The notes below the pieces were generated by a model. The model worked only from the letters and a program-made list of their open reading frames with translations, had not been told where the DNA came from and made no database searches. A stretch of DNA of 64,000 nt, from the NCBI RefSeq assembly GCF_009914755.1, contig NC_060940.1; one strand, 5' to 3'. How positions within the stretch are numbered: the first letter of the stretch is position 1; every line of letters starts with the position of its first letter. This document shows, piece by piece, positions 43,501-58,150 of this stretch. The translations under genes and the position numbers were made by a program. The stretch is from the human T2T-CHM13v2.0 reference genome, Homo sapiens.

Positions 43501-46500
43501 TTCGATTCCATTTGATGATGATCCCATTCGAGTCCATTCAGTGATTCCATTCGTTTCCATTCCATGATGATTCCATTCCATTCCATGCAATGATTCCATT
43601 CGATTCCGTTTGATGATGATTTCATTCGAGTCCATTTGATGATTCCATTTGATTCCATTCGATGATGATTCCATTCGAGTCCATTCGATGATTCTATTCG
43701 AATCCATTTGATGATTTCTTTTGATTATATTTGGTGATGATTCCATTGGAGTCCATTCAATGATTTCATTCTATTCCAATCGATGATGATTCCATTAGAG
43801 TCCATTTAATGTTTCCATTTGATTCCAGTCTCTGATGATTACATTCGAGTCCATACGATGATTCCACTCAATTCCATATGATGATGATTCCATTTGATTC
43901 CATTCGGTGATTCCATTCTATTCTATTCAATGGTGATTCCATTCGAGTACATTAGATGATTCCATTCGATTCCATTCAATGATGATTCTATTTGTGTCCC
44001 TTAGATGATTCCACATGATTCCATTAGATGATGATACTATTTGAGCCCATCCAATGATTCCCTTCGATTCCATTCGATGAGGATTCCATTCGATTCAATT
44101 CATTGGTGATTCTATTCAATTCAATTCTTTGATTCCATTCCATTCCATTCGACAATGATTCCATTCGATTTCTTTCGATGATTCCACTCGATTCCACTTG
44201 ACATTGATTCCATTCGATTCCATTCAATGATTCCATTTGATTCCAGTGGATGAGGATTGCCATTGATTCCATTCGATCACTCCATTCTATTCCATTTGAT
44301 GATGATTACATTCGATTCCATTTGATGATTCCATCTGATTCTATTCGAGGATTCCATTTGATTCCATTCGATGATGATTCCATTCGAGTCCATTCGATGA
44401 TTTCATTCGAGTACATCCAATGATTCCATTCGAGTCCATTTGATGATTCCATTTGATTCCATTTGATTATGATTCTACTAGAGTCCATTCAATGACTCCA
44501 TTCGAGTCCATTCAACAATTCCATTCGACTCCCTTCGATGATTCCATTCGATTCCATTTGATGATTCCATTCGAGTCCATTTAATCATTACAGTCGAGTC
44601 CATTTGGTGATTCCGCTGGATTTCCTCTGATAATGATACCATTCAATTACATTTGATGATGATCCCATTCAATTTCATTTGATGATGATTCCATTAGAGT
44701 CCATTCGATGATTTCATTCGAGTCCCTTCATTGATTCCATCCGATTTCATTGGATGATGACTCCATTCGAGTCCATTCGATGATTCCACTCGATTCCATT
44801 AGATGATTCCATTGGAGTCCATTTGATTGTTCCATTCGATTCCATTCGATTCCTTTCGAAGATTATTCCATTTGAGTCCATTCGATGATGATTCCATTCC
44901 ATTCCATTCGATGATTCCGTTTGATTCCATTCGATGATTCCCTTCGATTCCTTTCTTTGATGATTCCATTCCATTCCATTCAATGATTCCATTCGAATCT
45001 ATTCCATGATGATTCCTTTCGATTCCATTCGCTGATGTTTCCGTTCAATTCCATTCGATGATGATTCCATTCGATTCCATTCATTGAGGATTCCATTTGA
45101 TTCCATTCAATGATGATTCCATTCTATTCCATTCAATGATTGCATTCAATTCCATTCAATGATTATCCCATTAGAGTGAACTCAACGATTCCATTCAATA
45201 CCATTCGATGAAGATTCCTTTTGAGTTCATTCAATGATTTCATTCAAGTCCATTTGATGATTCCTTTCAATTCCATTCTATGATGATTCCATTCGAGTCC
45301 ATTCGATGATTCCATTCGATTGCATTCCATGATTCCATTATATTCCATTCAACGGTGATTCCATTCGAGTCCATTCGATGATTCCATTAGAGTACATTTA
45401 ATGATTGCTTTGTTTTCAATTCGAAGATGATTACATTGGATTCCATTCTATGATACCATTCGATTCCATTCAATGATGATTCCACTCAAATCCATTGGAT
45501 GATTCCATTCATGTCCATTCGGTGATTTCATTAGATACCATTCGAGGATGATTCCTTTCGATTCCATTCGATGATTCCATTCAATTCCATTCGATGATGA
45601 TTCCATTCGAGTCCATATGATCATTCCATTTGATTTCATTCGATGATGATTCCATTCGATTCCATTCGATGATTCCATTCTATTCCTTTCGATGATGATT
45701 CCATTCGAGTCCATTCGATGATTCCATTCGAGTCCATTTAATGATTCCATTGGGTTCAATTCAATGATGATTACATTGGATTCCTTTCTATGATTCCATT
45801 CAATTCCGTTCATTGACAATTTGATTCCATTCGATGATGATTCCATTTGAGTTCATTCGATGATTCTATTCGATTCTCTTCGATGGTGATTCAATTCTAT
45901 TATATTGGATGATGCCATTCGATTCCATTTGATGTTGATTCAATTCGATTCTATTCGATGATGATTCCATTGGATTTCACTTGATGATTCTATTCGATTC
46001 CATTCAATGATGATTCACTTCTCGTCCATTGGATGGTTCCATTTCATTGCATTCGATGATGATTCCATTCGATTCCATTCGATGATTCCATTTGATTCCA
46101 TTCGATGGTGACCAATTCGATTCAATTCCATGATGATTCTATTTGATTCAATTAGATGATGTTTCCATTCGAATCCATTCCATGATTATTCCATTGGAAT
46201 CCATTCGGCGATGATTCCATTTGAGTCAATTCAATGATGATTCCATATGGGTCCGTTCGATGATAATTCCATTTGATTTCATTCGATGCTTCTATTCAAT
46301 TCCAGTTGATGATGATTCCGTTGGAGTCCATACGATGATTCCATTTGATTTCATTTGATGATGATTCCATTCGATTCCATTCGATGATGATTACATTGGA
46401 TTCCATTCTATGATTCCATTCAATTCCATTCGTTGATGATTCGATTCCATTCAATGATGATTCCATTTGAGTTCATTCGATGATTCTATTCGATTCCGTT

Positions 46501-46677
46501 CGATGGTGATTCAATTCTCTTATATTGGATGATTCCACTCGATTCCATTTGATGATTATTCCATTGGAGTCCACTTAGTGAATCCTTTAGATTCTACTCG
46601 AAGATGATTCCATTCGAGTCCATTCGATGATACCATTCAATTCCATTCGTTGATGCTTCCATTCAAGTGCATTCGAT
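40556..46677 (+). repeat. Canonical higher-order unit, 6122 bp (used as reference)
   Basis: Markers recur at exactly +6122 (38625/44747, 39326/45448, 40541/46663, 42102/48224, 43459/49581, 44024/50146). Confidence 0.95.
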
Positions 46678-49600
46678 GATATCATTCGATTCCATTTGAT
46701 GATAATTCCATTTGATTCCATGCAATGATTCTATTCGATTCCATTCAATGATAATTCCATTCAATTCAGTGATTCCTCTGGACTCCATTTGATGATGATT
46801 CCATTCAATGATTCCATTCGATTCTATTCGAAAATCATTCCATTTGAATCCATTTGATGATGATTCCATTAGATTCCATTTGATGATTCTATTCGATTCC
46901 ATTCGACGATGATTCCATTCGATTCCATTTGATGATTCCATTCTATTCTATTCGATGATGATTCCATTCGATTCCATTCGATGATGATTGGATTCGATTC
47001 CATTTGATGATTTCATTTGATTCCATTCGATAATGATTTTGATCAATTCCATTCGATGATTCCATTCGATTCCATTCGATAATGATTACATCCGAGTCCA
47101 TTCGATGATTCCATTTGAGCCCGTTCGATAATTCCATTTGAGTCCAATCAATGATTCCATTCATTTCCATTCAATGATTCCATTCGAGTCCATTTGATCA
47201 TTTCGGTAGGGTCCGTTCGATGTTGATTCCATTGGAGTGCATTCGATGATTCCATTCGAGTCCATTTTATGATTTGGTTCGAGTCCTTTCGATGATTCCA
47301 TTCGATTCCACTCTATGATGATTTCATTCGAGTCCATTCGACACTTCCAATCGATTCCATTTGATGTTTCCTTTCGAGTCCAATTGATGATTCCATTCAA
47401 TTCCATTCGATGATGATTCCGTACGATTCCATTCTGTGATGATTCCATGTGATTGCATTCAATGATGATTCCTTTCGATTGCATTCGATTATGATTCATT
47501 TCGTGTTCATTCTATGGTTCCACAGGTTTCCATTCGTGTCCATTCCATTATTCCATTCTATTCCATTTGATGATGATTCCATTCGATTCCATTCATTGGT
47601 GATTCCACACAATTCCATTCAATGATTCCATTCCATTTCTTTCAACAATGATTCCATTAGTTTCTAATCGATGATCCACTTGATTCCATTTGACGACGAT
47701 TCCATTCTTGTCCATTCGATGATTCCATTTGATTCCATATGATGATGATTCCATTCGATTCCATACAATGATGATTCCAATCGAGTCCATTCAATGGTGA
47801 TTCCATTCAATTCCATTCGATGATTCCTTTTGATTCCATTCGATGATGATGGCATTCGATTCCTTTCAATCATTCCCTTTGATTCCATTCAAAGGTGATT
47901 TCATTCAAGTCCATTCGATAATTGCATTCGATTCCATTCTATGATGATTCCATTCGAGTCCATTTGATGATTCCATTCAATTCAAGTCAATGATGATTCC
48001 ATTCGATTCCATTCGATGATTCCATTGGATTCCATTCGATGATGATTCCATTCAAATCCATTCGATAATTCAATTCAAGTCCATTCGATGATGATTCCAA
48101 TCGAATCCATTCAAAGATTCCATTCAGTTCCATTCGATGATTCCCTTAGATTCCATTCGATGATTCCACTTGATTCCATTTACGATGATTCCATTCGATT
48201 CCATGTGATGATTCCATTCAATTCTATGCAATGATGTCTCCATTTGATTCCATTCGACCATGATTGCCTTTGATTCCATTCAATGATTCCATTCGGTTCC
48301 GTTTGATGATGATTCCGTTCGATTCCATTTGATGATTCCATTTGATTCCATTGGATGTGTCCATTCGATTACATTCGATGATTATTCCATTCGAGTGCAT
48401 TAGATGATTCCATTCGAGTCCATTCGATGATTCCATTCGATTCCATTCGATGTTGATTCTGTTCAAATCCATTCGATGATTCCACTCGATTCCATTCGAT
48501 GACTCCGTTAGATCCCATTCGATGATTTCCTTTGATTCCCTTTGATGATCATTCCATTTGATTCAATTCGGTGATTTCATTTGATTCCATTCAGTGATGT
48601 TTCCATTCGACTCCATTCGATGATGATTCCATTCGACTCCATTCGATTATGATTTCATTCAATTCCATTCGATAATGATTCCCTTCGAGTCCATTCGATG
48701 ATTCCATTCGATTCCATTCAACGATGATTTGATTCGTGTCCATTCGATGATTCCATTTGATTCCACTTGATGATGATTCCATTCGAGTCCAGTTGATGAT
48801 TCCATTCAATTCCATACTCCGATGATTTCTTTTGAGCCCACTCAATGCTTCCACTCGATTCCATATGATGATGACTCCATTCGATGAAATTCGATGATGA
48901 TTCCATTCGCTTGCTTTCCATGATGATTCCACTTGAGTCCGTTAGAAGATTCTATTCAATTACATTCCAGGACGATTCCGTTCGAGTCCATTTGATGATT
49001 CCATTAGACTCCATTCGACGATGATTCCATTCGATGTTATTCGATGATTCCATTCGATCTCATTCGATGATGATTCCATTCAACTCCATTCGATGTTTCC
49101 ATTCGAGTTCATTCTATTATTCCATTAGATTCCATTCGATGATGATTCCATTCGATTCCATTTGATGATTGCATTCTATTTCATTTGATGATGATTCCAT
49201 TCGAGTCCACTCGATGATTCCATTCGAGTCCATTTAATGAATCCATTGGTTTCAATTCTATGATGATTACATTGGATTCCATTCGTTGATGATTTCATTC
49301 GGTTCCATTCAATGATGATTCTATATAATTCCTTTCAATGTTTCCATTCAATTCCATACGATGATGATTCCATTTGATTTGATTCGACAGTGAGCCATTC
49401 GATTCAATTCCATGATGATTCTATTTGATTCAATTGGTTGACATTTCTATTCGATTCCATTCGATGATGATTCCCTTTGATTCCATTCAAAGATGATTCC
49501 ATTCTAGCCCATTCAATCATTCCATTCGATTCTATTCAATGATGATTCCATTCATGTCGATTTGGTGATTCCATTTGACTTCATTTGATGATGATTCCTT

Positions 49601-52600
49601 TCAAGTTCATTAGATGATTCCATTCGATTTCATTTGATGATGATCCCATTCGAGTCCATTCAGTGATTCCATTCGTTTCCATTCCATGATGATTCCATTC
49701 CATTCCATTCAAGGATTCCATTCGATTCCGTTTGATGATGATTTCATTCGAGTCCATTTGATGATTCCATTTGATTCCATTCGATGATGATTCCATTCGA
49801 GTCCATTCGATGATTCTATTCGAATCCATTTGATGATTTCTTTTGATTATAGTTGGTGATGATTCCATTGGAGTCCATTCAATGATTCCATTCGATTCCA
49901 ATCGATGGTGATTCCATTAGAGTCCATTTAATGATTCCATTTGATTCCAGTCTCTGATGATTACATTCGAGTCCATACGATGATTCCACTCAATTCCATA
50001 TGATGATGATTCCATTCGATTCCATTCGATGATTCCATTCTATTCTATTCAATGGTGATTCCATTCGAGTACATTAGATGATTCCATTCGATTCCATTCA
50101 ATGATGATTCTATTTGTGTCCCTTAGTTGATTCCACATGATTCCATTAGATGATGATACTATTTGAGCCCATCCAATGATTCCCTTCGATTCCATTCGAT
50201 GAGGATTCCATTCGATTCAATTCATTGGTGATTCTATTCAATTCAATTCTTTGATTCCATTCCATTCCATTCGACAATGATTCCATTCGATTTCTTTCGA
50301 TGATTCCACTCGATTCCACTTGACATTGATTCCATTCGATTCCATTCAATGATTCCATTTGATTCCAGTGGATGATGATTGCCATCGATTCCATTCGATC
50401 ACTCCATTCTATTCCATTTGATGATGATTACATTCGATTCCATTTGATGATTCCATTCGAGTCCATTTAATCATTACAGTCGAGTCCATTTGGTGATTCC
50501 ACTGGATTTCTTTTGATAATGATACCATTCAATTACATTTGATGAAGATCCCATTCAATTTCATTTGATGATGATTCCATTAGAGTCCATTCGATGATTT
50601 CATTCGAGTCCCTTCATTGATTCCATCCGATTTCATTGGATGAGGACTCCATTCGAGTCCATTCGATGATTCCACTCGATTCCATTAGATGATTCCATTG
50701 GAGTCCATTTGATTGTTCCATTCGATTCCATTCGATTCCTTTCGAAGATTACTCCTTTTGAGTTCATTCGATGATGATTCCATTCCATTCCATTCGATGA
50801 TTCCGTTTGATTCCATTCGATGATTCCCTTCGATTCCTTTCTTTGATGATTCCATTCCATTCCATTCAATGATTCCATTCGAATCTATTCCATGATGATT
50901 CCTTTCGATTCCGTTCGCTGATGTTTCCATTCAATTCCATTCGATGATGATTCCATTCGATTCCATTCATTGAGGATTCCATTTGATTCCATTCAATGAT
51001 GATTCCATTCTATTCCATTCAATGATTGCATTCAATTCCATTCAATGATTATCCCATTAGAGTAAACTCAACGATTCCATTCAATACCATTCGATGATGA
51101 TTCCTTTTGAGTCCATTCAATGATTTCATTCAAGTCCATTTGATGATTCCTTTCAATTCCATTCTATGATGATTCCATTCGAGTCCATTCGATGATTCCA
51201 TTCGATTGCATTCGATGATTCCATTATATTCCATTCAACGATGATTCCATTCGAGTCCATTCGATGATTCCATTAGAGTACGTTTAATGATTGCTTTGTT
51301 TTCAATTCGAAGATGATTACCTTGGATTCCATTCTATGATACCATTCGATTCCATTCAATGATGATTCCACTCAAATCCATTGGATGATTCCATTCGTGT
51401 CCATTCGGTGATTTCCTTAGATTCCATTCGAGGATTATTCCATTCGATTCCATTCGATGATGATTCCATTCGAGTCCATATGATGATTCCATTTGATTTC
51501 ATTCGATGATGATTCCATTCGATTCCATTCGATGATGATTCCATTCGATTCCATTCGATGATTCCATTCTATTCCATTCGATGATGATTCCATTCGAGTC
51601 CATTCGATGATTCCATTCGAGTCCATTTAATGATTCCATTGGGTTCAATTCAATGATGATTACATTGGATTCCGTTCTATGATTCCATTCAATTCCGTTC
51701 ATTGACAATTTGATTCCATTCGATAATGATTCCATTTGAGTTCATTCGATGATTCTATTCGATTCTCTTCGATGGTGATTCAATTCTATTATATTGGATG
51801 ATTCCATTCGATTCCATTTGATGTTGATTCAATTCGAATCTGTTCGATGATGATTCCATTGGATTTCACTTGATGATTCTATTCGATTCCATTCAATGAT
51901 GATTCACTTCTCGTCCATTGGATGATTCCATTTCATTCCATTCGATGATGATTCCATTCGATTCCATTCGATGATTCCATTTGATTCCATGCGACGGTGA
52001 GCAATTCGATTCAATTCCATGATGATTCTATTTGATTCAATTAGATGATGTTTCCATTCGAATCCATTCCATGATTATTCCATTGGAATCCATTCGGCGA
52101 TGATTCCATATGAATCTATTCAATGATGATTCCATATGGGTCCGTTCGATGATAATTCCATTTGATTTCATTCGATGTTTCTATTCAATTCCAGTCGATG
52201 ATGATTCCGTTGGAGTCCATACGATGATTCCATTTCATTTCATTTGATGATGATTCCATTCGATTCCATTCGATGATGATTACATTGGATTCCATTCGAT
52301 GATGATTCCATTCGAGTCCATTTAATGATTCCATTGGGTTCAATTCAATGATGATTATATTGGATTCCGTTCTATGATTCCATTCAATTCCGTTCATTGA
52401 CAATTTGATTCCATTCGATGATGATTCCATTTGAGTTCATTCGATGATTCTATTCGATTCTCTTCGATGGTGATTCAATACTATTATATTGGATGATTCC
52501 ATTCGATTCCATTTGATGTTGATTCAATTTGATTCTATTCGATGATGATTCCATTGGATTTCACTTGATGATTCTATTCGATTCCATTCAATGATGATTC

Positions 52601-53251
52601 ACTTCTCGTCCATTGGATGATTCCATTTCATTCCATTCGATGATGATTCCATTCGATTCCATTCGATGATTCCATTTGATTCCATGCGACGGTGAGCAAT
52701 TCGATTCAATTCCATGATGATTCTATTTGATTCAATTAGATGATGTTTCCATTCGAATCCATTCCATGATTATTCCATTGGAATCCATTCGGCGATGATT
52801 CCATATGAGTCAATTCAATGATGATTCCATATGGGTCCGTTCGATGATAATTCCATTTGATTTCATTCGATGCTTCTATTCAATTCCAGTTGATGATGAT
52901 TCCGTTGGAGTCCATACGATGATTCCATTTGATTTCATTTGATGATGATTCCATTCGATGATGATTACATTGGATTCCATTCTATGATTCCATTCAATTC
53001 CATTCGTTGGTGATTCGATTCCATTCAATGATGATTCCATTTGAGTTCATTCGATGATTCTATTCGATTCCGTTCGATGGTGATTCAATTCTCTTATATT
53101 GGATGATTCCACTCGATTCCATTTGATGATTATTCCATTGGAGTCCACTTAGTGAATCCTTTAGATTCTACTCGAAGATGATTCCATTCGAGTCCATTCG
53201 ATGATACCATTCAATTCCATTCGTTGATGCTTCCATTCAAGTGCATTCGAT
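46678..53251 (+). repeat. Higher-order unit, 6574 bp, with 236-bp deletion and 695-bp duplication
   Basis: GATATC at 46678 and 53252; equals 6122 - 236 + 3 + 695 - 10. Confidence 0.88.
51605..52995 (+). repeat. 695-bp tandem duplication
   Basis: gtgagcaatt at 51997 and 52692; gttcattgacaatttg and cacttctcgtcc are also doubled at the same offset. Confidence 0.88.
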
Positions 53252-56200
53252 GATATCATTCGATTCCATTTGATGATAATTCCATTTGATTCCATGCGAT
53301 GATTCTATTCGATTCCATTCAATGATAATTCCATTCAATTCAGTGACTCCTCTGGACTCCATTTGATGATGATTCCATTCAATGATTCCATTCGATTCTA
53401 TTCCAAAATGATTCCATTTGAATCCATTTGATGATGATTCCATTAGATTCCATTTGATGATTCCATTTGATTCCATTCGATGATGATTCCATTCGATTCC
53501 ATTTGATGATTCCATTCTATTCTATTCGATGATGATTCCATTCGATTCCATTCGATGATGATTGGATTCGATTCCATTTGATGACTTCATTTGATTCCAT
53601 TCATTAATGATTTCGATCAATTCCATTCGATGATTCCATTCGATTCCATTCGATAATGATTACATCCGAGTCCATTCGATGATTCCATCTGAGCCTGTTC
53701 GATAATTCCATTTGAGTCCAATCAATGATTCCATTCATTTCCATTCAATGATTCCATTCGAGTCCATTTGATCATTCCGGTAGGGTCCATTCGATGTTGA
53801 TTCCATTGGAGTGCATTCGATGATTCCATTCGAGTCCATTTTAGGATTTGATTCAAGTCCTTTCGATGATTCCATTCGATTCCACTCGATGATGATTTCA
53901 TTCGAGTCCATTCGTCACTTCCAATCGGTTCCATTTGATGTTTCCTTTCGAGTCCAATTGATGATTCCATTCAATTCCATTCGATGATGATTCCGTACGG
54001 TTCCATTCTGTGATGATTCCATTTGATTGCATTCAATGATGATTCCTTTCGATTGCATTCGATTATGATTCATTTCGTGTTCATTCTATGGTTCCACAGG
54101 TTTCCATTCGTGTCCATTCCATTATTCCATTCTATTCCATTTGATGATGATTCCATTCGATTCCATTCGTTGGTGATTCCACTCAATTCCATTCAATGAT
54201 TCCATTCCATTTCTTTCAACAATGATTCCATTAGTTTCTAATCGATGATCCACTTGATTCCATTTGACGACGATTCCATTCTTGTCCATTCGATGATTCC
54301 ATTTGATTCCATATGATGATGATTCCATTCGATTCCATACGATGATGATTCCTTTCGAGTCTATTCAATGGTGATTCCATTCAATTCCATTCGATGATTC
54401 CTTTCGATTCCATTCGATGATGATGGCATTCGATTCCTTTCAATCATTCCCTTTGATTCCATTCAAAGGTGATTTCATTCAAGTCCATTTGATAATTGCA
54501 TTCGATTCCATTCTATGATGATTCCATTCGAGTCCATTTGATGATTCCATTCAATTCAAGTCAATGATGATTCCATTCGATTCCATTCGATGATTCCTTT
54601 GTATTCCATTCGATGATAATTCCATTCAAATCCTTTCGATAATTCAATTCAAGTCCATTCGATGATGATTCCAATCGAATCCATTTAAAGATTCCATTCA
54701 GTTCCATTCGATGATTCCCTTAGATTCCATTCGATGATTCCACTTGATTCCATTTACGATGATTCCATTCGATTCCATGTGATGATTCCATTCAATTCTA
54801 TTCAATGCTGTTTCCATTTGATTCCATTCGACCATGATTGCCTTTGATTCCATTCAATGATTCCATTCGGTTCCTTTTGATGATGATTCCGTTCGATTCC
54901 ATTTGATGATTCCATTTGATTCCATTGGATGAGTCCATTCGATTACATTCGATGATAATTCCATTCGAGTGCATTAGATGATTCCATTCGAGTCCATTCG
55001 ATGATTCCATTGGATGAGTCCATTCGATTACATTCGATGATAATTCCATTCGAGTGCATTAGATGATTCCATTCCATGACTCCATTTGATCCCATTCGAT
55101 GATTTCCTTTGATTCCCTTTGATGATCATTCCATTTGATTCAATTCGGTGATTTCATTTGATTCCATTCAGTGATGTTTCCATTCGACTCCATTCGATGA
55201 TGATTCCATTCGACTCCATTCGATTATGATTTCATTCAATTCCATTCGATAATGATTCCCTTCGAGTCCATTCGATGATTCCATTCGATTCCATTCAACG
55301 ATGATTTGATTCGTGTCCATTCGATGATTCCATTTGATTCCACTTGATGATGATTCAATTCCAGTCCATTTGATGATTCCATTCAATTCCATTCTCCCAT
55401 GATTTCTTTTGAGCCCATTCAATGCTTCCACTCGATTCCATATGATGATGACTCCATTCGATGAAATTCGATGATGATTCCATTCGCTTGCTTTCGATGA
55501 TGATTCCACTTGAGTCCGTTAGAAGATTCTATTCAATTACATTCCATGACGATTCCGTTCGAGTCCATTTGATGATTCCATTAGACTCCATTCAACGATG
55601 ATTCCATTCGATGTTATTCGATGATTCCATTCGATCTCATTCGTTGATGATTCCATTCAACTCCATTCGATGTTTCCATTCGAGTTCATTCTATTATTCC
55701 ATTAGATTCCATTCGATGATGATTCCATTCGATTCCATTTGATGATTGCACTCTATTTCATTTGATGATGATTCCATTCGAGTCCACTCGATGATTCCAT
55801 TCGAGTCCATTTAATGAATCCATTGGTTTCAATTCTATGATGATTACATTGGATTCCATTCGTTGATGACTTCATTCGGTTCCATTCAATGATGATTCCA
55901 TTCAATTCCTTTCAATGTTTCCATTCAATTCCATACGATGATGATTCCATTTGATTTGATTCGACAGTGAGCCATTCGATTCAATTCCATGATGATTCTA
56001 TTTGATTCAATTGGTTGACATTTCCATTCGATTCCATTCGATGATGATTCCCATTGATTCCATTCAAAGATGATTCCATTCTAGCCCATTCAATCATTCC
56101 ATTCGATTCTATTCAATGATGATTCCATTCATGTCGATTTGGTGATTCCATTTGACTTCATTTGATGATGATTCCTTTCAAGTTCATTAGATGATTCCAT

Positions 56201-58150
56201 TCGATTCCATTTGATGATGATCCCATTCGAGTCCATTCAGTGATTCCACTCGTTTCCATTCCATGATGATTCCATTCCATTCCATTCAATGATTCCATTC
56301 GATTCCGTTTGATGATGATTTCATTCGAGTCCATTTGATGATTCCATTTGATTCCATTCGATGATGATTCCATTCGAGTCCATTCGATGATTCTATTCGA
56401 ATCCATTTGATGATTTCTTTTGATTATATTTGGTGATGATTCCATTGGAGTCCATTCAATGATTCCATTCGATTCCAAACGATGATGATTCCATTAGAGT
56501 CCATTTAATGATTCCATTTGATTCCAGTCTCTGATGATTACATTCGAGTCCATACGATGATTCCACTCAATTCCATATGATGATGATTCCATTCGATTTC
56601 ATTCGATGATTCCATTCTATTCAATTCAATGGTGATTCCATTCGAGTACATTAGATGATTCCATTCGATTCCATTCAATGATGATTCTATTTGTGTCCCT
56701 TAGATGATTCCACATGATTCCATTAGATGATGATACTATTTGAGCCCATCCAATGATTCCCTTCGATTCCATTCGATGAGGATTCCATTCGATTCAATTC
56801 ATTGGTGATTCTATTCAATTCAATTCTTTGATTCCATTCCATTCCATTCGACAATGATTCCATTCGATTTCTTTCGATGATTCCACTCGATTCCACTTGA
56901 CATTGATTCCATTCGATTCCATTCAATGATATCATTTGATTCCAGTGGATGATGATTGCCATCGATTCCATTCGATCACTCCATTCTATTCCATTTGATG
57001 ATGATTACATTCGATTCCATTTGATGATTCCATCTGATTCTATTCGAGGATTCCATTTGATTCCATTCGATGATGATTCCATTCGAGTCCATTCTATGAT
57101 TTCATTCGAGTACATCCAATGATTCCATTCGAGTCCATTTGATGATTCCATTTGATTCCATTTGATTATGATTCTACTAGAGTCCATTCAATGACTCCAT
57201 TCGAGTCCATTCAACAATTCCACCCGAGTCCATTCGATGATTCCATTCGATTCCATTTCATGATTCCATTCGAGTCCATTTAATCATTACAGTCGAGTCC
57301 ATTTGGTGATTCCACTGGATTTCTTTTGATAATGATACCATTCCATTACATTTGATGATGATCCCATTCAATTTCATTTGATGATGATTCCATTAGAGTC
57401 CATTCGATGATTTCATTCGAGTCCCTTCATTGATTCCATCCGATTTCATTGGATGATGACTCCATTCGAGTCCATTCGATGATTCCACTCGATTCCATTA
57501 GATGATTCCATTGGAGTCCATTTGATTGTTCCATTCGATTCCATTCGATTCCTTTCGAAGATTATTCCATTTGAGTCCATTCTATGATGATTCCATTCCA
57601 TTCCATTCGATGATTCCGTTTGATTCCATTCGATGATTCCCTGCGATTCCTTTCTATGATGATTCCATTCCATTCCATTCAATGATTCCATTCGAATCTA
57701 TTCCATGATGATTCATTTCGATTCCATTCGCTGATGTTTCCGTTCAATTCCATTCGATGATGATTCCATTCGGTTCCATTCATTGAGGATTCCTTTTGAT
57801 TCCATTCAATGATGATTCCATTCTATTCCATTCAATGATTGCATTCAATTCCATTCAATGATTATGCCATTAGTGTAAATTCAACGATTCCATTCAATAC
57901 CATTCGATGATGATTCCTTTTGAGTCCATTCAATGATTTCATTCAAGTCCATTTGATGATTCCTTTCAATTCCATTCCATGATGATTCCATTCGAGTCCA
58001 TTCGATGATTCCATTCGATTGCATTCGATGATTCCATTATATTCCATTCAACGATGATTCCATTCGAGTCCATTCGATGATTCCTTTAGAGTACATTTAA
58101 TGATTGCTTTGTTTTCAATTCGAAGATGATTACATTGGATTCCATTCTAT
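53252..58150 (+). repeat. Last homogeneous higher-order unit (collinearity ends at ~58150)
   Basis: Markers 53722, 54798, 55168, 56158, 56723, 57005 and 57446 keep canonical spacing (+3); the match to the reference unit breaks after gaagatgattacattggattccattctatg. Confidence 0.85.
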
